DNA of 64,000 nt from a bacterium (GTDB lineage: Bacteria > SAR324 > NAC60-12): NCBI GenBank assembly GCA_965233585.1, contig CBDDTI010000747.1:128001-192000 (forward strand). The letters run 5' to 3'. The notes below the pieces were generated by a model. That model had not been told where the DNA came from. It made no database searches and saw only the letters and a list, made by a program, of their open reading frames with translations. Below, piece after piece: positions 49,264 through 59,054 of the stretch; within the stretch, counting starts at the first letter, position 1, and every line of letters begins with the position of its first letter. A program made the position numbers and the translations under genes.

Positions 49264-50037
49264 GGCAGTGTTTAGTTGGTATTGTCATTGCATGTGAGAG
49301 TGAATTTGAGGAATGGAAATGAGAAGTTGTCATCATTGTGGGAGTCAGACTTATATCAAGAATGGAAGTTACAAAGGGGTTCAGAGGTATCGTTGCAAGT
49401 CATGTCAGAGAGCATTCACCTCAAATGGTTTGAGAATCCCACTAGAGACCAAGCGTCAAGCCTTAGAGATGTATGTCAATAGTGTAGGCATCAGAAAGAT
49501 CGCTCGTTTTTTGCAGGTGTCTCCCGCTTCAATTGTCAACTGGATCAAAAAAGCTAGAGTGTCTCAACTTCCAAAAGACGCACCAAGTTTCCATGCACAA
49601 GTAGATAGTATAGAGATGGATGAGATCTACACTTTTGTTCAAAAAAAAAGCCAAAGAGTAGCTGTTTGGACAGCCTATTCTCGTCAAGAACAATGTGTGA
49701 TTGCCTTTGTGATAGGCAAAGGATTAGCAGCAGCAAAGCAGCTGTATGCACTAGTCAAAGCACAACGAGCTAGAATTGAAACGATTTATACAGATGCCAA
49801 CTCATGCTATCAAGTGGCATTTGCACAACTCCAAATTCCACAAAAGCATCAGATAGGCAAGGACAACACTCATCTCATTGAATCTTCTAATTCTTCCATC
49901 AGAGATAACCTAGCTCGCTTGATGAGAAAATCTAAACGACATTCCAAAACTTTTGACATGCTGGAACACTCTCTACAACTCTTCTTTGACTATAAAAGGT
50001 TTGAAAAATATCATGACAATATCAAGTGAACACTGCC
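49264..50037 (+). mobile_element. IS1-family element (774 bp), distinct from the nested pair
   Basis: IRs GGCAGTGTTTAGTTGGTATTGTCAT / GGCAGTGTTCACTTGATATTGTCAT; 9-bp target duplication TGCGACTTC at 49255-49263 and 50038-50046. Confidence 0.93.
49313..50029 (+). CDS. IS1-family transposase, single ORF
   Basis: CHHC...CKSC Zn ribbon, HTH, EMDEIYTFV, YTD, IESSNSSIR. Confidence 0.9.
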   Translation: MEMRSCHHCGSQTYIKNGSYKGVQRYRCKSCQRAFTSNGLRIPLETKRQALEMYVNSVGIRKIARFLQVSPASIVNWIKKARVSQLPKDAPSFHAQVDSIEMDEIYTFVQKKSQRVAVWTAYSRQEQCVIAFVIGKGLAAAKQLYALVKAQRARIETIYTDANSCYQVAFAQLQIPQKHQIGKDNTHLIESSNSSIRDNLARLMRKSKRHSKTFDMLEHSLQLFFDYKRFEKYHDNIK

Positions 50038-50224
50038 TGCGACTTCTCCTAAAAGAGTTTTTTCTAAAGCAACAAGTCATCAAATTGTTCAGTCAAAACG
50101 TAACTTCTTGCCTTCACTCCATCAATAATCTCTTTGGCAAAATGTTCTTTGCCAAACTTTCTTTTTAAAACTTTCAAGCGGCAGGCAACTTTGCCAAGTA
50201 ATCACTTTGCAAAGAAGTCTGTGA

Positions 50225-51052
50225 TTAGCCTTGTGAGGGCATTTGAAGTTTGAGATGTGTCAAAAAATCTCTGGTAGAATGGAGGGGATAGATTTGGGTG
50301 TGTCCGTGAGCTAGGCTGATTTCTGCATGGATTTGATAGACTTCTTTTAGCATGTCTTCATTCAAGACGTCTTCCACTTTGCCACGTTTGACAAGACGCC
50401 CTTGATGCAAAACAACAATTTCTTTGGCAAAACGCGAAGCAAGGTTGAGGTCGTGGATTGCCACTAAACAAGTGACTTGGTAGTCAGTCGTGAGAGATTC
50501 CAAGATGGCTAAAATCTCAAGCTGTCGTTGTAAATCCAGAGCAGAAGTAGGTTCGTCAAGTAGCAAGATTTTGGGAGTTCTGCAAATGGCTTGTGCCACA
50601 GCAACAAGTTGCTGCTGACCTCCGCTGATTTGTGAAATGTAGTTTTGGGAAAGGTTGCTGATGCCCAATGCCTCTAGGACATGTTCCACCATTTTTAAAT
50701 GGTCTTTCTCTGTTGTAGAAGTGGCAGAATTGGAAAGTTTACGTGCTAGTAAAATGGATTCAAAGACTGTCAGCATGGCATTTGATGAGCTGTCTTGGGG
50801 CATGTAGCAGATTTGCTTTGCCAGCTGTTTGGCGTTCAACTCACACAAGTCTTGCCCTGCAAAAAAGATTTGCCCTTTGCCTACTTTGTTCAATCCTGCA
50901 AGGCATTTTAAAAATGTAGATTTGCCTGAACCATTGGGACCAATGACGGCTGTCATGTTGGACAATCCTAATTGTTCAAGAGAGATGTCATCTAAAACTT
51001 TCTTTTTAGTTTTGGGATAAGTGAATGATAAGTTTTGAGTAGAAAAGTTCAT
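50225..51052 (-). CDS. Iron-siderophore/cobalamin ABC ATPase
   Basis: GPNGSGKST, ISGGQQQ, LLDEPTSALD, HDLNLA. Confidence 0.9.
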   Translation of the reverse strand: MNFSTQNLSFTYPKTKKKVLDDISLEQLGLSNMTAVIGPNGSGKSTFLKCLAGLNKVGKGQIFFAGQDLCELNAKQLAKQICYMPQDSSSNAMLTVFESILLARKLSNSATSTTEKDHLKMVEHVLEALGISNLSQNYISQISGGQQQLVAVAQAICRTPKILLLDEPTSALDLQRQLEILAILESLTTDYQVTCLVAIHDLNLASRFAKEIVVLHQGRLVKRGKVEDVLNEDMLKEVYQIHAEISLAHGHTQIYPLHSTRDFLTHLKLQMPSQG

Positions 51053-52101
51053 GTCCAGTTATTTCTCCTGACGCTCATAATGATACTAATGAAAAAAGGG
51101 ATTCCTACCAGTGAGGTAATGATTCCAATAGGAAAGATGACACCGGGAACAAGCATTTTGCTGACAATGGACGTGACTGACATGATGACAGCCCCTGATG
51201 CCATCGCCGCGGGCAGAAAAAACCGCTGGTCTTCTCCCACTAACATTCTTGCGATGTGCGGACCCACCAAACCTACAAAACCAATCACTCCAATGAATGC
51301 AACGGCAATGGCAGAAAGCAGAGAGACCAGCATCAAAGTTTGCAAACGCAACCTCTCTACTGAAATGCCTAGACTACGTGCTTTGTCATCTCCCAAACGC
51401 AAGGCAGTCATAGACCATGATTGAAACATAAAAAAGGGCAAACTCACTGCCAAAATTCCTGCACAAATCGCAATTTTGTTCCAAGACGACCGACCTAAAC
51501 TTCCCATCATCCAAAAGACAAGTTGTTGTAGCTGTGTCTCATCTGCTGCATATTGCAACATGGCTAACAGGGCATTGAAAGCGAACAACAAGGCAATCCC
51601 AACTAAAATCATGGTCTCCACTGTTACACCCCGCAGTTTTGCCAAAAAATAAAGCACCAGCGAGGCGGCAAAGGCAAAGAAAAACGCATTAGCCGTCACC
51701 AAATACACCCCAACATAAGGGATTCCTTGACCTAGCACGATTCCAAGTGCCGCTCCAAAGCTGGCTGCTGCAGAAATTCCCAACGTAAAAGGGTCTGCCA
51801 ACGGATTGTTTAAAATTGTTTGCATCTGCGCCCCTGACAGTCCAAGCATCACCCCCACCAAAATTGCCATCACTGCAATCGGAAAACGTAAATCCCAGAC
51901 AATGACTTCCATTTGTACAGAAATCGCAGTACGGTCAAGAAGTGTTGCGACTACATCTTTCAAAGGGTAATTTCCGGGGCCCAACGAAACATCAAGCACC
52001 ATAGAAAAAACAGCAATACTGACCAAAATCCCAACAATCAATGTTTTAAGACTGACACTTTTAATGTAGCTTTCTGATGAGGACATGTGATGAGAAGCCA
52101 T
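51049..52101 (-). CDS. FecCD-family ABC permease
   Basis: NPLADPFTLGIS, WMMGSL, GVIGFVGLVGPH, G.PFF. Confidence 0.92.
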   Translation of the reverse strand: MASHHMSSSESYIKSVSLKTLIVGILVSIAVFSMVLDVSLGPGNYPLKDVVATLLDRTAISVQMEVIVWDLRFPIAVMAILVGVMLGLSGAQMQTILNNPLADPFTLGISAAASFGAALGIVLGQGIPYVGVYLVTANAFFFAFAASLVLYFLAKLRGVTVETMILVGIALLFAFNALLAMLQYAADETQLQQLVFWMMGSLGRSSWNKIAICAGILAVSLPFFMFQSWSMTALRLGDDKARSLGISVERLRLQTLMLVSLLSAIAVAFIGVIGFVGLVGPHIARMLVGEDQRFFLPAAMASGAVIMSVTSIVSKMLVPGVIFPIGIITSLVGIPFFISIIMSVRRNNWT

Positions 52102-52104
52102 AAC

Positions 52105-52458
52105 CTACCCTAAAACTGAATCATTCATAAGCGTCAAATCCTTCAACACAGAGAACAGGGACGCACCTGTGATTAGAATCATGGTGCTAATTCTGAACAC
52201 TGCTATCATGCTTTCACGACCGATTGCACTTTTGAGGGGGATTCTCAATGCCACAATAGCCAAGATGCTGACCCCGATAATGACATAGGCAATCGTTCTA
52301 CTGTCTGCGACCTTCAAACCCAGTCCACCAATCAGTAAACCAATCAACACAGGAATCAAAGCCGTCACTGACCGCCTTTCTGCCCCCAAATAACCCCAGA
52401 CACCCATTGCAACCAACACGGCACTTTGTGCAAAAACTATTTGCGTCGCTGGCATCAT
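52105..52458 (-). CDS. Small four-TM membrane protein (TMEM14-like)
   Basis: GVWGY...SVTALIP motif; hydrophobic. Confidence 0.65.
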   Translation of the reverse strand: MMPATQIVFAQSAVLVAMGVWGYLGAERRSVTALIPVLIGLLIGGLGLKVADSRTIAYVIIGVSILAIVALRIPLKSAIGRESMIAVFRISTMILITGASLFSVLKDLTLMNDSVLG

Positions 52459-52712
52459 TCACTCCTTTTTTAATTTTGTTAAAACCAAAAGACAAAATCA
52501 GTATAAACTTCATTTTTAAATTTGCAACATCTTTTTAAAAAATTAATTTTTTTCAAATTAAATTTTGAGGAGAGGCTTACATCAATTTAGCTTTATCCCT
52601 CTTTTTTTCATCTTGCGTTGTCACAAAATTTTTGCTAACATACAACCTTCTTTTTTAAATTTGGGTCTAAACCCATCACATGATTAACCCCGCATTCATC
52701 ACAAAACTGAAT

Positions 52713-54119
52713 ATGTTAAATCTTAAAACTGCAGAAGACTTGGAACAAGTCATTCAAGAGCGAGAAGTAGAATTGCTGGACTTCCGTTTTCTTGACCTTT
52801 TCAACACGTGGCATCATATCACGGTACCTGCCAAACGCTTCGGTGACTATCTGGAGGGAGTCCCCTTTGATGGCTCAAGCATTCGTGGGTGGAAGTCTAT
52901 TGACATGAGCGATATGAAGTTGCTCCCCGACTTACAAACTGCACGCCTTGACCCGTTTACGGAACACTCTACACTTGTTTTCCTTGGCGACATTGTGGAC
53001 CCCATCACAGAGGAAAGATACAGCCATGACCCCAGAGGTGTTGCCAAAAAGAGCGAAAATTACCTTCGTTCCACAGGCATTGCTGATACGTCTTATTTTG
53101 GACCGGAGGCAGAATTTTTCATCTTTGACCATGTTAGCTACGATAACCAAGTGCATACTGCCTCTTTTAGCATTGACTCAAGTGAGGGACATTGGTCAAG
53201 TAACGAGAGCTATAGCAGCAGTTATAAAATTGCCCCAAAAGGTGGTTATTTTCCTGTTGCTCCTGCAGACTCCAATGCAGACTTGAGGAACGACATGATC
53301 TTAGCTTTGGAATCTATGGGTTTTGAAGTGGAACGTGGACACCATGAAGTCTCCCCTGCTCAACACGAAATCAATTACAGATACAACACCTTGCTTGCCG
53401 CAGGTGATGATTTGCAATGGTTCAAGTACACTTTGAAAAATGTTGCTCAATCGGCAGGCAAACTTCTGACGTTCATGCCCAAGCCTCTCTTTTCTGAAAA
53501 TGGGTCAGGAATGCACTCACATCAGTCCCTTTGGAAAAATGGCAAACCTCTTTTTGCAGGCAATGGCTATGCAGGTTTAAGCGAGCTGGCACTTCATTAC
53601 ATTGGTGGAATTTTAAGGCATGCCCCTGCTTTGGCGGCACTCACCAATCCTTTGACCAATTCTTACAAACGTCTGGTTCCGGGTTTTGAAGCCCCCATCA
53701 ACTTAGCCTATTCTGCACGCAATCGCTCTGCGACCATTCGCATTCCTGTTGCAGACTCACCAAATGCCAAGAGAATTGAATATCGTTGCCCAGACCCAGG
53801 CGCCAATGGCTACCTTGCTTTTTCTGCCATGATGATGGCAGGTCTTGACGGCATCCAAAACAAAATAGACCCAGGTGAGCCGATGGATGTGAACATTTAC
53901 GACCTCCCACCTGAAAAATTGCACACATTAGGCAAGATTCCCCCAACTCTTGATGATGCGCTCAATGCTTTGGAGCAAGACCATGACTTTTTGCTCAAAG
54001 GAGAGGTATTTTCAAAAGAATTGATTGAAACATGGGTCAGTTACAAGCGAGAAAATGAGGCACGTGATGTCTATTCACGCCCTCACCCCCAAGAATTTGC
54101 TTTGTATCTCAACATCTAA
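52713..54119 (+). CDS. glnA: Glutamine synthetase type I
   Basis: FDGSSI, GPEAEFF, HHEV, TFMPKP, NGSGMH, SYKRLVPG.EAP, adenylylation site NIYDL; start may be 52680. Confidence 0.96.
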   Translation: MLNLKTAEDLEQVIQEREVELLDFRFLDLFNTWHHITVPAKRFGDYLEGVPFDGSSIRGWKSIDMSDMKLLPDLQTARLDPFTEHSTLVFLGDIVDPITEERYSHDPRGVAKKSENYLRSTGIADTSYFGPEAEFFIFDHVSYDNQVHTASFSIDSSEGHWSSNESYSSSYKIAPKGGYFPVAPADSNADLRNDMILALESMGFEVERGHHEVSPAQHEINYRYNTLLAAGDDLQWFKYTLKNVAQSAGKLLTFMPKPLFSENGSGMHSHQSLWKNGKPLFAGNGYAGLSELALHYIGGILRHAPALAALTNPLTNSYKRLVPGFEAPINLAYSARNRSATIRIPVADSPNAKRIEYRCPDPGANGYLAFSAMMMAGLDGIQNKIDPGEPMDVNIYDLPPEKLHTLGKIPPTLDDALNALEQDHDFLLKGEVFSKELIETWVSYKRENEARDVYSRPHPQEFALYLNI

Positions 54120-54141
54120 ATCCTACCTTTTCTAAATAAGG

Positions 54142-54167
54142 ACAACCTGACTTCAGGTTGTTCTTTT
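54142..54167 (+). terminator. Intrinsic terminator after glnA
   Basis: ACAACCTG-actt-CAGGTTGT then TCTTTT. Confidence 0.6.
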
Positions 54168-54175
54168 CCCTTCAC

Positions 54176-55423
54176 ATGTCATCATGTCATTCTCAACAAG
54201 CCTTGCTTTCATTGGTAGAAAAAGGCGTCAATATTCCATCAGTTGACCATGTGTTGATTGGTCAGGAGGTCTCATTAGACAAGATTTCAGCAGGTGCAAC
54301 CTTGCACCCGTTTTGCCAAATCAAAGGCTCAACAACAACCATCTATCCCAATGCTCAAATTGGTCAGTGTGGTCCTGCATTCGTAGAACATAGCATCATT
54401 GGCTCCAATGCCATCATCGGTCAAAAAGGAGCAGCCACCATCATCAGTTGCACGGTTGGCAAGTCATCGGTGTTAGGTGCAGGGGTGGCAGAACATGCTG
54501 TTTTTTTAGGAAAAGAAACAACAGACAATGACTTCACAACAGGCGTCGGCTTCCGAGTGCGCAAAGGGTCTTTGTATGAAGAAGATGCTTCTTCTGCACA
54601 ACATACCGATACCAAAATGACCATTCTTTTTCCTTGGGTCACATTAGGGAGCAACATCAATTTTTGTGATGCCTTAGTTGCAGGTGGGGTCAGTCCGAAG
54701 TTGGGAGATTTTAGCGAAGTTGGCAGTGGGTCTATTCATTTCAACTTCACACCCTATGGAGACAAAGCCACAGCTTCGTTGATTGGCAATGTGATTGATG
54801 GTGTGTTTCTTGACCAGAAAAGAATTTTCATAGGAGGCAACAACAGTTTGATTGGTCCGATAGAGTCTGCATTTGGTGCGGTCAGTGCTGCAGGGGCAAG
54901 GGTCTCTCATCTTTTAGAGGAAGGTTTGAATTTTGGGCGGGCATTACATGGTAAAAAAGCGAGACCTTTTCAAAACAAACCAAGAAGTGTCTCAGCCATT
55001 TTGAAAAAACAAATGCGATACATTTCCGAATTATCTGCTTTGCTATTCTGGTATGACATGGTGCGAGCAACGATTGCAACAAGTCAAGAACAAACAGAAC
55101 TTTATCGTCAAGGAAGGCAGGTTGTTTTTGACAACCTGAAAGAACGAACCACACAAGTCAAGTTGTTTGTGCAGAACAACTCTGACCAAAATGACCATGT
55201 CATCTTGAGTCAATTAGACACATGGCTAGCACACTTGCCCCAGACTATCTCTCAACATCAGCCTGCCGATTGGGTCTTTGAATCAATTCAACAAACTGCT
55301 CAAGAACACGAAGCCGTTTACACCAAAACTATTCAAAACTTAGACAATTCTGTGAAGCAATACTTGCATCAAAGTTTAGAAAAGATTGTTTCATGTTTTC
55401 ACCAACAATGTCCTATTTCTTGA
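54176..55423 (+). CDS. Left-handed beta-helix (hexapeptide repeat) protein, GlmU C-domain-like
   Basis: KGVNI, repeated (I/V)G hexapeptides, LGSNINFCD, IHFNFT..GDKAT, FIGGN. Confidence 0.7.
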   Translation: MSSCHSQQALLSLVEKGVNIPSVDHVLIGQEVSLDKISAGATLHPFCQIKGSTTTIYPNAQIGQCGPAFVEHSIIGSNAIIGQKGAATIISCTVGKSSVLGAGVAEHAVFLGKETTDNDFTTGVGFRVRKGSLYEEDASSAQHTDTKMTILFPWVTLGSNINFCDALVAGGVSPKLGDFSEVGSGSIHFNFTPYGDKATASLIGNVIDGVFLDQKRIFIGGNNSLIGPIESAFGAVSAAGARVSHLLEEGLNFGRALHGKKARPFQNKPRSVSAILKKQMRYISELSALLFWYDMVRATIATSQEQTELYRQGRQVVFDNLKERTTQVKLFVQNNSDQNDHVILSQLDTWLAHLPQTISQHQPADWVFESIQQTAQEHEAVYTKTIQNLDNSVKQYLHQSLEKIVSCFHQQCPIS

Positions 55424-56168
55424 CTTGAAGGACAACAAACATAGAAGAGCCAAATGGTATAGGTAGTTTAAAAAAAACTTCAAATTGAGTGAGAAAAAAG
55501 AGAATATGATTAATCAGTATTGGAGGTAAATTAACGTCAGAAGTCACATTATAAGTTCCTGTTTTCTTTTTTTGCCTTTGAATCCATCTTGACAAATAAA
55601 TCAGTGGAGAAAGAAACAAAGGCCAGTACGTAATTTGTTTCAATTTAAACAATTTCTCATCAATCAACAAATCTAAATCTTCCTTTGTAAATCGTTTTCT
55701 AATTCCTACTGCCTCATCATGGATTCCAGAAAATGCTTGAAGTGCTGGTAAATTTAAAATAATCAACCCATTTTTATTCAATTTTTGATGGAAATGATTA
55801 AGAGTTTGTTTTTGTTCTTCAAAGGAAAAATAGTAAAAAGTATCATTGCTTATGATGAGGTCAAAGACATCTTTCTGACTGATAGGGTCAATTAAATTAT
55901 GTTGAAATAAACTGATGCCTGTATCTTTAAGTCTTTTGTTAGCAAAATCTATTGCATGTTGAGATAAATCAAACCCTGTTAAATTCGTAAACCCTTTTTT
56001 GTATAAATATGCTAACAATCCTCCTGTGCCACATCCTGCATCTAAAATCTTAATGTTTTTATCAAGATTTTTAATATTTGAATAAACTAAAAAATGAAGA
56101 ATTTTGTACCACCAAAGGTGTTCTTCTACCTCATTCATTTTTAGATATTCTTCTGGTCTATCTAACAA
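55413..56168 (-). CDS. Class I SAM-dependent methyltransferase
   Basis: EEHLWW, ILDAGCGTG, HD.AV. Confidence 0.88.
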   Translation of the reverse strand: MLDRPEEYLKMNEVEEHLWWYKILHFLVYSNIKNLDKNIKILDAGCGTGGLLAYLYKKGFTNLTGFDLSQHAIDFANKRLKDTGISLFQHNLIDPISQKDVFDLIISNDTFYYFSFEEQKQTLNHFHQKLNKNGLIILNLPALQAFSGIHDEAVGIRKRFTKEDLDLLIDEKLFKLKQITYWPLFLSPLIYLSRWIQRQKKKTGTYNVTSDVNLPPILINHILFFLTQFEVFFKLPIPFGSSMFVVLQVKK

Positions 56169-57076
56169 TTTAGACTCCTTTTGACTGTGTATTGTGGTGT
56201 TCCATTAGCATGCAAATAATTTTTCCCTATAAATTCTCCTAGTAATCCTAAAAAAATCATTTGAACCCCTGATACAAACAAAAAAACTATCATAAGAGAT
56301 GCCCACCCTAAAGGGATTTCAGGATAGAATATTTTTTCAAAGATCACATAAATTAGACTTATAAAACTCATCATAGATAGTATTAATCCTATAAAAGTCA
56401 AAAACCTCAATGGTTTAATAGAAAAATTGATAAACATATCTAACCATAAACTAACTAATTTTTTAAAAGTATAATTAGATTGACCTTCTTTTCTATGATG
56501 ATGTTCTACATTGATAGAAGAGATATTTTGAGTTGTTCTTAAAATCAAACCGTCTATGTATGTAAATGGTCCACGATATTTTATAATTTCTCTGACAATC
56601 TCTTGATGAATGGCTTTAAAGCTAGATAAGTATAACCCTTTAGGTTTTTCTATAATCCAAGAAGCCATGACATCGTTAAAATGACTTCCTAAATTTCTAA
56701 GAAACGAATGTTTTTTGATGTGATATTTCACATAAACCACATCAAATCCTTGCTGTATGTGTTCTATTAATTGAATGACTTCTTTGGGTTGGTTTTGGAA
56801 GTCATCATCCATGATGACAATGTAGTCCCCATTTGCATAGTTTAAAGCACAGATGACCGCATTATGTTCTCCTACGTTTTTTCTGAGTGAGATGAATTTG
56901 ACGTTGTCGTTTTTCTCACAAATTTTTTGGCAAACTTCTTCACTATGATCAAAACTACAATCATTGACTAAGACAATTTCAATTTGATAGTTTTTTAATG
57001 TTTGAAAAATTTCTTTTACTAAATTTGCAATAGTTAGCTCCGCATTATAAACAGGGATACATATAGAGATGAGCAT
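56162..57076 (-). CDS. GT2 glycosyltransferase (ArnC/GtrB-like, polyprenyl-phosphate type)
   Basis: IPVYN, VND.S.D, MDDDFQN, G.SNY, two C-terminal TM helices. Confidence 0.88.
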   Translation of the reverse strand: MLISICIPVYNAELTIANLVKEIFQTLKNYQIEIVLVNDCSFDHSEEVCQKICEKNDNVKFISLRKNVGEHNAVICALNYANGDYIVIMDDDFQNQPKEVIQLIEHIQQGFDVVYVKYHIKKHSFLRNLGSHFNDVMASWIIEKPKGLYLSSFKAIHQEIVREIIKYRGPFTYIDGLILRTTQNISSINVEHHHRKEGQSNYTFKKLVSLWLDMFINFSIKPLRFLTFIGLILSMMSFISLIYVIFEKIFYPEIPLGWASLMIVFLFVSGVQMIFLGLLGEFIGKNYLHANGTPQYTVKRSLNC

Positions 57077-57079
57077 GTT

Positions 57080-58177
57080 TTAAAAATGATTAATGACTTC
57101 AATAATTCTGTCAGTTTCTTCTTTTGTCTGCACAGGACTGATAGGAAGGCTGACTATGTTTTTATGCAAACTTTCTGTCATTGGATAATGGTGTTGATTC
57201 CATTCTTGGTAGGCTTGTTGTTGATGAGGAGGTTTTGGGTAGTGAATTAATGTTTGAATGTTCTGACTGGCAAGATAGTCTTGAAACATTTCTCTGTTTT
57301 GAACTCTTACCACAAATAAATGCCAGACATGACCTGCTGAATGTAAAACAGTAGGAAGCATCATTTTAGGATTTTTAATTTGTGTTAAATAAGCATTGGC
57401 TATTTGACGTCTTTGATCAATTTCTTGGTCTAAATACTTCAGTTTGACTCTTAAAAAAGCAGCCTGAATTTCATCAAGCCTGCTATTAATCCCTTTGTAT
57501 GAATGTATATATTTTTCTCTGCTTCCGTAGTTCTGTAAATGTCTGATGACATCTGCTAGTTTTTGGTCGTTAGTTGTAATCGCACCTCCATCACCTAATG
57601 CCCCCAGATTTTTGGTAGGATAAAAGCTAAAGCCGCTGGCGTCTCCCAAACTTCCAGTTTTTTGATTTTTAAAAAAAGCACCGTGTGCCTGAGCAGAGTC
57701 TTCTATGATTTTTAAATGATATTTTTTAGCAATCATATCAATTTGATCCATCTCACAAACTTGACCATAGAGATGTACCACCATAATCGCTTTAGTTTTT
57801 GATGAAATCTTCTCTTCTATTTGGTCAGGGTCAATTAAATATGTATGCTCTTTAGGTTCTATTAAAACAGGAGTTAACTTATTTTCAGAAATAGACAGAA
57901 GAGAGGCAATGTAAGTATTGGCAGGTGCGATAACTTCGTCTCCATCTTTCAAAATTTCTAATTCTTTATATGCCTTTAAAATTAAAATTAAGGCATCAAG
58001 ACCATTACCAACTCCTATACAATATTTAGTTCCACAATATTTAGCAAATTCTTGTTCAAATTCTTGACATTCCTTGCCTTGAATATACCAACCTCTGTCT
58101 ATTATTTTTTTAAAAGACTCTATCAGTTCATCTCTATAAGTCGCATTAACCTTTTGTATATCTAAAAAAGAAATCAC
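57080..58177 (-). CDS. DegT/DnrJ-family sugar aminotransferase (FdtB-like)
   Basis: [38 protein letters not shown]; probable GTG start 58177. Confidence 0.9.
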   Translation of the reverse strand: MISFLDIQKVNATYRDELIESFKKIIDRGWYIQGKECQEFEQEFAKYCGTKYCIGVGNGLDALILILKAYKELEILKDGDEVIAPANTYIASLLSISENKLTPVLIEPKEHTYLIDPDQIEEKISSKTKAIMVVHLYGQVCEMDQIDMIAKKYHLKIIEDSAQAHGAFFKNQKTGSLGDASGFSFYPTKNLGALGDGGAITTNDQKLADVIRHLQNYGSREKYIHSYKGINSRLDEIQAAFLRVKLKYLDQEIDQRRQIANAYLTQIKNPKMMLPTVLHSAGHVWHLFVVRVQNREMFQDYLASQNIQTLIHYPKPPHQQQAYQEWNQHHYPMTESLHKNIVSLPISPVQTKEETDRIIEVINHF

Positions 58178-58187
58178 TGTCTTTTGC

Positions 58188-58592
58188 TCACTTTGGATTG
58201 TTAACAATTTCTTTGAAGTGATTATAATCTCTGATGTAGTCATCTTCATCATAATCACTATCTGCTAACACAAGCAAGACGCAGTCTTGACTAAAATCAT
58301 ACATAGTTCCCCAGGTCAATGCTTTTTGAAACAACCCGAGGTAGGGTTGATTGAGCCAAAAGGTTTGCTTCTCTTGACCATTATCCAGATCAACTTTGCA
58401 ATGTCCATGAACAGCGACTAAAAATTGATTTGTCTTATAGTGGGCATGACTTCCCCTGATACAAGTTTCATTAGTGTTATAAATATAAAAAATTCTTTGT
58501 ATTTTAAAAGGAATTTCTCCACTTTCTTCTAACGTAACTAAAGCACCTCTTGTGTCTGAGTGGAAGTTCAATTCTACTAAATCAGTGATCAT
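58188..58592 (-). CDS. FdtA/QdtA-like dTDP-sugar 3,4-ketoisomerase (cupin)
   Basis: DTRGAL, RGSHAH, VLLVLA...YDE.DYIRDY. Confidence 0.9.
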   Translation of the reverse strand: MITDLVELNFHSDTRGALVTLEESGEIPFKIQRIFYIYNTNETCIRGSHAHYKTNQFLVAVHGHCKVDLDNGQEKQTFWLNQPYLGLFQKALTWGTMYDFSQDCVLLVLADSDYDEDDYIRDYNHFKEIVNNPK

Positions 58593-59054
58593 TGATAGTT
58601 CAGGGATTTTTTAAATTCAAAAATTTTTTAAAATTTCAAAGTGTTCGTTACCCCATACAAGTTGATACCCTCTTTGAGAAACAATTTGATCTATTCTACC
58701 ATTTTTTAAAGAATCTATTTTGTTGTATCCCCATTTAGCACGACTCATGCTGACTTAATCTTCTGATAATTAAACTAAAATTTTATTTAAAATTAAGTGA
58801 GATTCACAGCGAGGAAGGGGAAAGGTCAAGGACAGATTAAAGATGGGACGAACTGCCTCTATCAAATAATAGCATAGAGATATTGAACCATACACAAAAG
58901 CAGTTGGATTCTTCAAAGAAAGCTCTTTAGCTTCTAGTTAACAGTTCGTTAGTACTTTGGGCTTTTTCTGCTGTTGTATAAATTAGATCAAATTTTTTAA
59001 ATTTAAACGATTCTATGAGAATAAAACGATGAGGGTGATAAGGTCTTTCTGAGT

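Noticed and set aside
49190..50168. A gene interrupted by the second IS1
   Set aside because: The rejoined empty site gives only a short frame with no clear start, RBS or motif.
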